A stretch of 64,000 bases of DNA from Octopus vulgaris (lineage: Eukaryota), in contig OX597824.1 in assembly GCA_951406725.2 (NCBI GenBank), forward strand, positions 82,088,001-82,152,000, given 5' to 3'. The notes below the pieces were generated by a model, which saw only the letters and a program-made list of their open reading frames with translations, did not search any database and had not been told where the DNA came from. Position 1 is the stretch's first letter, and each line of letters starts with the position of its first letter. The position numbers and the translations under genes were made by a program. Of the stretch, positions 41,693 through 54,981 are shown in pieces.

Positions 41693-41835
41693 CTTTATTT
41701 AAAGCAGCGGAAAATTCAACAAAACCTGTTACAGGTTAAATTTTCCGCTGCTTTAAATAAAGCATATTACTCTACCACTGGTATTTAAGTACTCTTTTCC
41801 CACCTTGTTTCACATTTATGTGTTTACTCCGGTAT
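41693..41835. repeat. Short foldback (41693-41763) with extension ending in (TA)n
   Basis: CTTTATTTAAAGCAGCGGAAAATT...AATTTTCCGCTGCTTTAAATAAAG. Confidence 0.75.
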
Positions 41836-41882
41836 ATATATATATAATCACATACATGTATGTATGTATGTATGTATATATA

Positions 41883-41929
<47 letters not shown>

Positions 41930-41931
<2 letters not shown>

Positions 41932-42178
41932 AGGCGCGTGGCTTTGTGGTTAGGGTGTCAGTATCATGATCATAATATTGTGGTTTCGATTCCCGGATCG
42001 GGCGACGCGTTGTGTTCTTGAGCAAAACACTTCATTTCACGTTGCTCCAGTCCACTCAACCGGCAAAAATGAGTAACGCTGCGATGGATTGGCGTCCCCT
42101 CCAGCTGGGGGACACATACGCCATAGAAACCGGGAAACCGGGCCCACGAGCCTAACTAGGCTTTAAAAGGGTGCTTTT
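41930..42178 (+). mobile_element. SINE type D (tRNA head plus a core resembling the Meta/MESC-type domain)
   Basis: GGAGGCGCGTGGC...GGTTTCGATTCC...GTGTTCTTGAGCAAAACACTT...CCACTCA...AAATGAGTA...CTGCGATGGA...AGAAACCGGGA. Confidence 0.8.
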
Positions 42179-42608
42179 ATTATATAAGCACTATTAGTTT
42201 AAAATAACAATCTGTGAATCATGCTTGACGCAGATTCAAAAGATAGATAGATAGATAGAAACACAAGGATATAGACAGATCGACAGACAGACAGATTGAT
42301 TGATTGATTGATTGATAGTTCCACGATACGCTATGTAAATGCGAAATCATGAAGGAAAGTCGGGAGTTATTTTTTAAAAAGGTTCTTTGCTAATGATTTC
42401 TCATTTAGTCACATCGCCAAACTTTTCTAGAGGGAAGCGGTAAGCCAGTTGATTTGAACCCAGTATTCATTTGGTACTTCCCTTTATTTGGTCTGAAGGG
42501 ACTAAAGGCAAAATTACCCTCAGTGGGAGAACCGGAAGAAAGAACGGAAGGGTCTTTTTTCAACTTTCAAACGATTTTACCTACCCGCTGCCTTAAGGGT
42601 ATTGTTAA

Positions 42609-43006
42609 TCTTTATATATAAAAGAGAGGTTGTGTGTCTGTCTCCTACGATTTAGATTCCTAACTACTGCCACATTTTGCGGTGCAGTTTAACCAAAACT
42701 GGGTATCTTATAGTCGTGATTCATATCGAGCCCTTCTGAGTATTAGCGCGCGTCTACGATGAGTCTACGATTAAAAAAAAAAGATTGCCATAATTTTTTC
42801 CATTTTAATGCATTTTTTCGCTATCATATAAGGGAAGTAACTCTCTAAAAATGTCTACGATGAGTCAACGATTTAAAAAAAAAATTACCATCAATTTTTT
42901 TCCATTTTTAATGCATTTTTTTGCCAGTTTTTGGCTATAACTCTCTAAAAATGCTTATATAGTTATTTCCCTTACAAACCCGAGCAACGCCGGGCGATAC
43001 TGCTAG
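42609..43006 (+). mobile_element. Non-autonomous Helitron
   Basis: A|TC...CCCGAGCAACGCCGGG...CTAG|T. Confidence 0.93.
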
Positions 43007-43120
43007 TTTAAAATAAAAATAAAACAGGGTTAACATTTAAATGGTTAAATATTTAAATGATTAATTATACAAAAATATGATTTAAAAATATAATTATCAT
43101 GTGCGTAATTGTTTGTTTGA

Positions 43121-43153
<33 letters not shown>

Positions 43154-43701
43154 TGTGTGTTTGTGTGTGTGTGTATGTGTGTGTGTGTGTTTGCTCCGAT
43201 ATAAGAACCGTTGTTATTTACGTTTTGCTGCTGTGCATCTTGTCTCTAGTGGTTCGACAAAGAGAAATCGATAAAGTAAGTACCGGACATAAACAGGTAG
43301 AGCGTTCGATATGACAGACTGTAATCTACGACGCCCATGCCCCTTCCATGTCACCAGTCCAATGACTGAAACCACTAAAACGGTAAGTCACGTGTCACTT
43401 GTTTTAAATGGCCTTTGTATGAAGTGTTTGTATTATTGACTGTCATTTACTCTTGAAGATATTAAAACCATTGTTCTTTGTTTTTCGATAGTTGAAAATC
43501 AACGACGCAATAACTATTAGGTTTCGTTTCCTTATCTTCTTTATTCAGTATAGCTAACCGTCTGGTAAAATCAATAATTTTTCGGTTGCGTAATTTTTCT
43601 TTCAGATCAGAGTAAAGTTTTTCGCAGATCGTTTTGCTTTATTTTTGTGGTGTTTTTTCGTTCATGTCCGTCGAGGCCTCGGATTCATAAGGACGGTTAC
43701 C

Positions 43702-44488
43702 CGGCGAGCTAGCTGGCAGAATCGTTAGCACGTCGGGCGAAATGCTGAGTGGTATTTCGTCTGCCACTACGTTCTGAGTTCAAATTCCGCCGATGTCGAC
43801 TTTGCCTTTCATCCTTTCGGGGTCGATTAAATAAGTACCAGTTACGCACTGGGGTCGATGTAATCGACTTAATACCTATGTCTGTCCTTGTTTGACCCTC
43901 TGTGTTTAGCCCCTTGTGGGTAATAAAGAAATAGGTATTTCGTCTGCCACTACGCTCTGAGTTCAAATTCCGCTGAGGTCGACTTTGCCTTTCATCCTTT
44001 CGGGGTCGATAAATTAAGTACCAGTTACGCACTGGGGTCGATGTAATCGACTTAATACCTATGTCTGTCCTTGTTTGTCCCCTCTGTGTTTAGCCCCTTG
44101 TGGGTAATAAAGAAATAGGTATTTCGTCTGCCACTACGTTCTGAGTTCAAATTCCGCTGAGGTCGACTTTGCCTTTCATCCTTTCGGGGTCGATAAATTA
44201 AGTACCAGTTACGCACTGGGGTCGATGTAATCGACTTAATACCTTTGTCTGTCCTTGTTTGTCCCCTCTGTGTTTAGCCCCTTGTGGGTAATAAAGAAAT
44301 AGGTATTTCGTCTGCCACTACGTTCTGAGTTCAAATTCCGCTGAGGTCGACTTTGCCTTTCATCCTTTCGGGGTCGATTAAATAAGTACCAGGTACGTAC
44401 TGGGGTCGATATAATCGACTTAATACCTTTGTCTGTCATTGTTTGTCCCCTCTATGTTTAGCCCCTTGTGGGTAGTAAAGAAATAGGT
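43702..44488 (+). mobile_element. SINE B concatemer: one head plus four 183-184 bp body units
   Basis: GGTATTTCGTCTGCC at 43751, 43934, 44118 and 44302. Confidence 0.93.
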
Positions 44489-44799
44489 TAATCGGTTTAC
44501 ATAGCATATAAGTAACTGAGATCATAGCATTTCTTTTGAACATAAGGTCGGTCCGTTAGAGGATTCAAAGCCTGCGATTTGAAGGCGAGAGGAGGTAGGG
44601 TGGGAGGTAGGTTGATCAGATCAACCCCAGTACTTGTTGGGTGCTTTATTTTATCGAACAAGAAGGGATGAAAGACAAAGTTGACCTCAGCGGGATTGGA
44701 ACTCAGGACGTATAGAGCCGGGAGAAATACCTCTATTCATTTTCTCCAAAGTGTTAACGGTTCTGCCAGCTCACCGACTAGTATGTTATTAGTCGTAAT

Positions 44800-45155
44800 G
44801 GATCTTTTCACTTTGACCGGCAGATTTTTTTAATAATTTCTTTCTAACTAAACACTTTTAAACTTCGTATACTGTTAGTGTGTTACATAAAACATCTTTT
44901 TCTCTTGACTTTCTTGAGAAAATTCTGTAGTTTGTAAGCTATTTGTTGTTTAATTTCGTGCATTTCCGCAATTTCAACCAATCAATGACGTCTATTGAGG
45001 TGAATACAATATCCGCCGTATTTTGTCAACAACAAAGCCAAGAAAGCCAAGAGAAAAAGATGTTTTATGTAACACACTACCAGTATACGAAGTTTAAAAG
45101 GGTTTAGTTACAAAGAAATTATTTTAAAAATCTGCCGGTGAAAGTGAAAAGATTC
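44800..45155. mobile_element. MITE with ~115-bp TIRs and 8-bp TSD (Merlin- or Mutator-like)
   Basis: GGATCTTTTCACTTT... / ...AAAGTGAAAAGATTC; TSD GTCGTAAT at 44792-44799 and 45156-45163. Confidence 0.88.
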
Positions 45156-45359
45156 GTCGTAATTGCATTCTATATTAGTATCATTACAAATCCAATAGTT
45201 TACCAGAATTCTTGCAAATTATACTACGTATTTTAGGATTTTTGCAAGATTCAGTGAGTCTGGATCTTTGACATGACCCTCATTTTCGTCATTTCGAAAT
45301 ATTGGGACCTTGTCAACTAAATCTTCTTCATTCAATTCCTTTTCCGAAAACAATCTCTT

Positions 45360-45583
45360 TTACTCTTTTACTCTTTTACTTGTTTCAGTCATTTGACTGC
45401 GGCCATGCTGGAGCACCGCCTTTAATCGAGCAACTCGACCCCGGGACTTATTCTTTTGTAATCCCAGTACTTATTGTATCGGTCTCTTTTGCCGAACCGC
45501 TAAGTGACGGGGACATGAAAACACCAGCATCGGTTGTCAAGCAATGCTAGGGGGACAAACACAGATACACAAACACACATACG

Positions 45584-45663
<80 letters not shown>

Positions 45664-45828
45664 TACGACGGGCTTCTTTCAGTTTCCGTCTACCAAATCC
45701 ACTCACAAGGCTTTGGTCGGCTCGAGGCTATAGTAGAAGACACTTGCCCAAGATGCCACGCAGTGGGACTGAACCCGGAACTATGTGGTTGGTTAGCAAG
45801 CTACTTACCACACAGCCACTCCTGCGCC
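45360..45828 (-). mobile_element. SINE A, full length
   Basis: Near-consensus copy. Confidence 0.93.
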
Positions 45829-45949
45829 TAGATTTTTTTTTCTGTATTATTCTATCGTTCACCTTTTATAGAACGAGCGATATTAATTATATCTGCATTT
45901 AGATTCCTTGTTCCGCCATCACTACCATTCGGAGATACTCCTGGCAAAA

Positions 45950-46480
45950 TAGCGGTATAACTTGCATTGACAGGTCGTTAAGTTGTTTTCTTTTTAAATT
46001 TCGCATAATTCTTTTGTCATTTCTTACACAGAATGCAGAATATTAATTTTTCTTTTTCCAGACCTGTGAAACAGAAACTGGTTTTCACCCAAATCATCCA
46101 GTATTTTTTTTTTAAAAAAGAATGTTTCACAGAATTTGTCTTGAAGTTACAATTTATATCTTGGTCCAATAATTAGATAAGTGGCCTGGCATTGGATCGT
46201 AATACCGTAACTTTAACGTATGATTGTTCTAAATTACATGGATGCGATGGAACGTTATCAATTACTAATAAAATACTGTAGTCGATGTTATTTTCTTTAA
46301 TAATAAATGTCAGCTTCAGGAAAGAATTTCTGATAAAACTAGTGTTCGAATATTGTAGCAGTCTTCCATGATTGATTTTAATTTGCACCACCAGTAAGCT
46401 ATAGCGCTTTTTATTCAATCCACTCATTCCACATGGATTGTGAGCCCTATTAATTAATAATGGCTTCATGAAACAGCTAC
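45950..46480 (-). mobile_element. Decayed pogo/Tigger (DDE_1) transposase fragment
   Basis: ILLVIDNVPSHP...VTVLRSNARPLI*LLDQDINCNFK resembles the family motif LLxxDNAPxH...LPPNTTSLIQPxDQGII. Confidence 0.8.
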
Positions 46481-46495
46481 CAAATGAATTGTAGC

Positions 46496-46496
<1 letters not shown>

Positions 46497-46536
<40 letters not shown>

Positions 46537-47188
46537 TTATTTTATTGGCCACAAGGGCTGACAAAATTTAGTTTAAAAGATAAAGGGACAAAACAGGATG
46601 AAAGGTTACAAAGGGTTTTGTCCGTTTGTAAAAAAACCGTGTAAAATCAGTGTAACAACGAAAAATTATAACAACGAAAAACTCCCAATAGGGGGAGGCG
46701 TTACGAAAGGTTCCTGGTGGAAAAGCCCATAAAAGCCACGGGAGCCTGGTCAAAAGGGGGGGGGGGAGTAGAGAGCCCCTTTCTCCTTTTGTAATACCTT
46801 TTTTTTACAGGTGTATCCTCAGAATGGCTCCTTTCACACTGGCCATTCTTGCGACATTTATCCACATTTCACTAAACTTGCTATCGGACAGCACTTCCCT
46901 CTCTACTCTCATCTTCCTTTTCAAGTGAAACTTGAAAAAGTTGATGAGGCCTGGGCCAAAGAGGAAAGTGACTTACCGTAGTCCTTTCAAACGGGTCCAC
47001 CATACAACCTCTTTCACCACAGCCACTAGGCACAGGAAAACTGCCTTGCCCGCCAGGTTAAAGGAGGTCGGCGGGGCAATTTTCACTATGGATTCAACGG
47101 ACAAAACCCTTTGTAACCTTTCGTCCTGTTTTGTCCCTTTATCTTTTAAACTAATTTTTGTCAGCCCTTGTGGCCAATAAAAGAATTA

Positions 47189-47246
<58 letters not shown>
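46497..47246 (-). mobile_element. 5'-truncated Tx1/L1-clade LINE 3' end, with an inverted copy of its own 3' terminus
   Basis: Minus frame VESIVKI...LVAVVKEVVWWTRLKGLR*...FFKFHLKRKMRVEREVLSDSKFSEMWINVARM...*. 3' UTR and (TAT)n tail at left; inverted terminus at ~47097-47246. Confidence 0.82.
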
Positions 47247-48379
47247 GTTATTTATGATTTTATGCAAGATATTCTCCTCTCAGATTCACACATTTATTTC
47301 AGCGGTTCTTCAGTATTCCTAAAAGCTGTAAAAGAACTCGGAAGTTTGGGCCCCCAGCCAGACCTTCTGCGATACCCCTTAAAGCCAGCAACTTTTCAGT
47401 ACCCTCTCGTATACACCAAAGAAACCGGTAAATCGGTCCAAAGCTCATTAAGGATTAACGCGTGCAAATTTCCACGGCGTTTGTCTTTATCTATGACTAT
47501 TAATAAAGCCTAACGTCTGATATTTACTAAGGTAGGAACAGATTAACCACAGCCAGTACTCAGACATGGACAGTTATATGTCCCGTTTTCTAGAGTTCAA
47601 CAGCTGTTAGATATTGGAGTTGAAGTTAAGCAAGCGAAACAATACGGAAAGACAGTTATCAAAGGCGTTTTATACGGAGATCATCCCAAATAAATATTTT
47701 CAGTTAAAAACCAGAATTTTCCTACTTTTATTATCAGGTTTTCAAATATTTTGGCTTAAAATTACATCAGATGAGTCATGCTTGATATTTGTTATATTGT
47801 TACTAACACTGTCAATTATGTAAATTATAATTTATTTAAGCCAATCAGTTGATGAGTTCATTATCATAAAACTAACGAAGTAAAATGATACATAAATGCA
47901 TGGACCAAAATATATTTAAGAAGATGTAAAAATTGTTATTTAGAGGTTCAAAATCACTCTATTTCATGCCCTTGTGACAAATCCTCCTCCTCATCATCAT
48001 CATTATTACCATCACCACCATTACCACCACCGCTACCACCACCATCATCATCGTCGTCGTCATCGTCATCGTCATCATCAGTATCATCATCATCGTCATC
48101 ATCATCATAGCTATTATTATATGCGACAAACTGCCAGAACCGTCAGCATGCCGGACGAAATTTCATCCGTCTTCACGTTCTGAGTTCAAATTCCTCCGGA
48201 ATTGACTTTGTATTTCATTCTTTCGGGGTCGATAAATTAAGTACTAGGAGTTGATGTGATCAATTTACATACACACTGGAACTTGCTGGCCTTGTGCCCA
48301 AATTTGAAACTGGTATTATTATCGTCGTCGTCATCATCATCATCTTCGTTATCCTCGTTATCGTCGCCACATCACCATC

Positions 48380-48615
48380 AAGGCGGCGAGCTGGCAGAAA
48401 CGTTAGCACGCCGGGTGAAATGCTTAGCAGTATTTCGTCTGCCGCTACGTTCTGAGTTCAAATTCTGCCGAGGACGACTTTGCCTTTCATCCTTTCGGGG
48501 TCGATGAAATAAGTACCAGTTATGCACTGGGGTCGATGTAATCGACTTAATCCGTTTGTCTGTCGTTGTTTGTCCCCCTAGGTGTTTAGCCCTTGTGGGC
48601 AATAAAATAAATAAG
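48380..48615 (+). mobile_element. SINE B inserted into an older SINE B head
   Basis: The 3' flank continues AGAAACGTTGGCGCGTCGG...GCTTA, the remainder of a diverged head. Confidence 0.85.
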
Positions 48616-49152
48616 AAACGTTGGCGCGTCGGATACAAGTGCTTAATGGCATATCTTCCGACACTCAAACTTCTTCCTAACGCTGGATTAACCATTAAGC
48701 AAAATAAGCACAGGAGGATCACCACATAAATGGTAGATGGTTTACTGCACAAAAGATATCACTTTAAACTCGCTAAAATAATATTCAAAGTGGCTTATAT
48801 GATGGGAAATATAATTTCAAAGTGTTCATGATATCCTGTTATTATTTTTATTGTATTTATTATTGAATTTATGTTTCTGTAACTTTGTCTCTTTTTTCCG
48901 TCCTTGTTTTTGTATACATTCGCTGCTTTCTTCCAAAGAATCTAATGCTCTTAGTTTCGTTTTTCCTTGGGTCTGGCCACGTCGGAGCAATCTCAAGAAT
49001 AATCAGCTGAAATTGCGAGGATAATCTGCTGCTTGACTGAGGAAAGAAAACTTCGAATGACCCGTCCTTGTTTTCTTTGTATTGTCTATCTGGATGGTTT
49101 GTTGTCCCTTTTTGTATCACCTAGCTGTCCAGATGTTTTGCGTCCCACTTTG

Positions 49153-49212
<60 letters not shown>

Positions 49213-49358
49213 AATATATGGCACAACGAAGTACCGATATTTACTGGAAAATAGCGAACGTAATAATACGATGCTAATGTATAGCTTCACCGCGTATGTA
49301 CTAACAAAAATGCGTGACTGCAACAAACTTGAAAAAAATTGTCTTACCTCCAGGGAGA

Positions 49359-49644
49359 ACATAATTTTAAAATTTTTAAAGAAATTACCGGTTTCGCGTG
49401 TAGCTTTTCAAATTTCTTGTGACGTTATGTTTATATTGCATGGAATTATCGTTGTTTTTATTTCCAGGAGATTTCTAAATAAGGGGAGGTAGTGAGTGAT
49501 TTTTTCACTCACTACCTCCCCTTATTTAGAAATCTCCTGAAATAAAAACAACGATAATTCCATGCAATATAAACATAACGTCACAAGAAATTTGAAAAGC
49601 TACACGCGAAACCGGTAATTTCTTTAAAAATTTTTAAATTATGT
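49359..49644. repeat. Near-perfect palindrome with ~140-bp arms and a 5-nt loop
   Basis: Centre GGAGGTAGTGAGTGA-TTTTT-TCACTCACTACCTCC; about one mismatch and one indel between arms. Confidence 0.95.
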
Positions 49645-49796
49645 CATTTTAAGGAAAGGAAAAAAATTTTTCCAATATTCTCAGACATTTTGACACAAAT
49701 ATATATATTTTTAACATTTAAGCCTTCTGTCGTTTTTTCACACTTTACTATTTTCTTATATATTCACCCACGTGCTTTACCAAACAAACTTTCTTA

Positions 49797-49856
<60 letters not shown>

Positions 49857-50255
49857 CATACATACATACATACATACATACATACATACATACATACATA
49901 CATACATACATTCATACGATGAGCTTCCAGTTTCCGTTTACCAAATCCACTCACAAGGCTTTGATTGGCCCGAGGTTAAAATAGAAGACATCTGCCCAAG
50001 GTGTCACGCAGTGGGACTGAACTCGGAACCATGTGGTGAGGAAGCAAGCTTTTTATCACATAGCTACGCCTGCGCCTCTTCGAATATCTTTCATTAGGAA
50101 ATTGAAGAAGAATGCAAAACAGCGAAGTTGTTGGGAAAATTCTAATATGTGAGACTCGCCTCTGAATTCGAAACGAGATCCTTCGCAATGGGTGAGAGAT
50201 TTTAATAGGAAAGAAAGAAAAAAATGTACCCTGATCATGGATATGTGCATAGATA

Positions 50256-50787
50256 TCTTTATATATAAAAGAAAGGTTGTGTGTCTGTCTACTCCGATTT
50301 AGATTCCTAACTACTCCCACATTTTGCGATGCAGTTTAACCAAAACCGGGTATCTTATAGCCGTGATTCATATCGAGCCCTTTTGGGTATTAGCGCGCGT
50401 CTACGATGAGTCTACGATTTTAAAAATAATTTACCATCATTTTTTTCTATCTTAATGCATATTTTTTTAACACAGGGAAGTAACTCTCTAAAAATGTCTA
50501 CGATGAGGCGCAATGGCCTAGTGGTTAGGGCAGCGGACTCGCGGTCGCAGGATCGCGGTTTCGATTCTCAGACCGGGCGTTGTGTGTGTTTATTGAGCGA
50601 AAACACCTAAAAGCTCTACGAGGCTCCGGCAGGGGCAAACAAATGAGTCAACGATTTAAAAAATAATTTACCATAATTTTTTTTCCATTTTTAATGCATT
50701 TTTTGCTATTTTTTGGCTATAACTCTCTAAAAATGCTTTATAGTTATTTCCCTTACAAATCCGAGCAACGCCGGGCGATACTGCTAA
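50256..50787 (+). mobile_element. Non-autonomous Helitron containing a SINE C head insert (~50505-50642)
   Basis: TC start, hairpin, CTAA end; insert flanked by ATGAG. Confidence 0.9.
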
Positions 50788-51149
50788 TATAAATACGTAC
50801 GTACATACATATATATGCATACATTCGTACAAACATAAAAACATACATATATGCATAGACGGATATATAAATACATACATACACATACTTATTGAAGGAC
50901 AAATACATACGTATATATAATTACATACGTATAGATACATACACATAAATACATGCACATATATAAATACATACACATATATGCATACTTACACATACAA
51001 ACATGCATATTTGCATACGCACATACGCGATGCTTCAGCATGGCCGCAGTCAAGTGATTGAAACATATAAAAGAATAAAAGAACACATACATACATGTAC
51101 ATGCTTCAATCCATACACATACATATTTACATACATATATATACATATA

Positions 51150-51335
51150 TAACGGGAAGCTTTATGAAAATAGACAAAAGACGAAGGCAGGTGGAAAACA
51201 AACGAACAATTGTATTAGTATGGCGCTCAGGAAATATAAATGTCATACGTTTCGACATACGCGATGCTTCAGCATGAGAGAAAAAAAAACGCAGTAAAGG
51301 AGAAAAAAAATGAGTAACTAACGAATCAACATGGC
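51150..51335 (-). mobile_element. Penelope-like pLTR fragment, homologue of 22050-22262
   Basis: Shared CCTGAGCGCCATACTAATACAATTGTT...CCACCTGCCTTCGTCTTTTGT. Confidence 0.75.
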
Positions 51336-51521
51336 GATAAAAGAAAGATCAAAATGAGACGCGAGAGCATACAGATAATAGTTGACTAATGCTTGAAGGA
51401 CCAGCTATTAGTGCCATACACGTGTGTATACATATTTACATACATATATATATTGTATATACATACATACGTATATACACATGCGTGCACATAATTAGAT
51501 ACAAAAATATACATACATAAT

Positions 51522-51950
51522 AGGCTTAGGAGTGGCGGTGTGGTAAGTAGCTTGCTTACGAACCACATAGTTCTGGATTCAGTCCCACTGCGTGGCACCT
51601 TGGGCAGGTGTCTTCTACTATTGCCTCGGGCCGACCAAAGCCTTGTGAGTGGATTTAGTAGACGGAAACTGAAAGAAGCCTCTCGTATATATGTATACAT
51701 GTATATATGTATGTGTGTGTGTGTATGTTTATGTGTGTATATGTTTGTGTGTCTGTGTTTGTCCCCCCAAGATCGCTTGACAACCGATACTGGTGTGTTT
51801 ACGTCCTCATAATATAGCGGTTCGGCAAAAGGCCGATAGAATAAGTACTAGGCTTACAAAGAATAAGCCCTAGGGTCGATTTGCTCGACTAAAGGTGGTG
51901 CTCCAGCATGACCACAGTCAAATGACTGAAACAAGTAAAGGAGTAAAACA
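51522..51950 (+). mobile_element. SINE A, full length
   Basis: Matches other copies. Confidence 0.9.
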
Positions 51951-52109
51951 GAGAGTGTATACACATACATACTTACATGCAGACATACACATACATATAC
52001 ATACATGCCTGCGTACGTACATACGTACACATCCGTACACATACTTACACACAAAAATACATATACATACACATACATACAGACATGTACATGCACACAT
52101 TTACAGTCG

Positions 52110-52489
52110 TGGCACTCCGTCGCTTACGACGACGAGGGTTCCAGGTGATCCGATCAACGGAACAGCCTGCTCATGAAATTAACATGCAAGTGGCTGAGCA
52201 CTCCACAGACACGTGTACCCTTAACGTAGTTATCGGCGAGATTCAGCGTGACAAAGGGTGTGACAAGGCTGACCCTTTGAAATACAGGTACAACAGAAAC
52301 AGGAAGAAAGAGTGATAGAAAGTTGTGGTGAAAGAGTACAGCAGGGTTCGCCACCATCCCCTGCCGAAGCCATGTGGAGCTTTAAGTGTTTTCGCTCAAT
52401 AAACACTCACAACACCCGGTCTGGATATCGAAACCGCCATCGTACAACCGCGAGCCCGCTGCCCTAACCACTGGGCCATTACGCCTTCA
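52110..52489 (-). mobile_element. SINE C, full length
   Basis: Homologous to 24408-24792. Confidence 0.9.
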
Positions 52490-53044
52490 CACGCACATTT
52501 ACATACATACACAAATACATACGCACATATATAAATTCGATTAATGTACAGCAGTTCTCTAAGTCACACCAAAAGTTCTCCATATCTGTTTGCCAAACTG
52601 AACATACAGCAAGCACACACACGTATGCATATGGCGCTCACACGCTCACACACAAATACACATACATACACAAGCACACACACACACACACGCGCACGCG
52701 CACACACGGACACATACACACACATTCAAACACACAACTTGACACAGTCTTGCGCTAAAGAGACGTGAACATCCATTAATTACGTAAGCCCAACGCTATG
52801 TACTCGTACACCTACGTATATGCACAGATTGAGTCACACTCGTGAATTCACAAAACCTTGGAACTGTCTTTGCTCACCTAAATAAATATAATTAAAACAA
52901 ATATAGGAATAATAATAACAATAATAATAAGAATAACAGTAATAAAATCTGTCAGTTTGTTACTGACCAGGCTTGAATGCCGTGTAAAAGAACTTAAATA
53001 CATTACAAAGTAAAACATAACTATACATAGATATGTACTAACTA

Positions 53045-54410
<1,366 letters not shown>

Positions 54411-54931
54411 TGATTGCCGAAACGTATATCATTTTGAGTGCACGGCATAGAGGTTACGCACCGGACTGCTAGTGCCACCTACCGACTATATTAAATATGG
54501 TTATCTGGAATTCCATTGGCCAGTATCTACAGCTATCCCCTCTCCCCCATTTTCCTCCCCCACTCCGCTTACACTTCCCTCTACAGGCAATTCTAATGAC
54601 TAACTCTTTTATCGATTCGCCTAGATATAACTCCAATTCTATCTTATATGAATCACTCTCCTTGTTGTCCTCGTTCTTATATATATATTGGGAATATCAC
54701 ACTGTTAAATATCTCTGATATTAGAGGCGATCGTCTTGGAGGGGAAAGCCCCCTTATCGTTGCGCCACCTGCCAGAAATGCTAGAAATAGCGAAATAAAT
54801 TTCAAACTGCGCATGACTGTGTTTTTGAGAACTTCCGTGCTGGTCTTGATCCCATTGTATGAAACCTGGAATATATGAGAGATAATGTGTGCATGTGTGC
54901 ATGTGCGTGCGTGTGTGTATATATATATATC

Positions 54932-54981
<50 letters not shown>

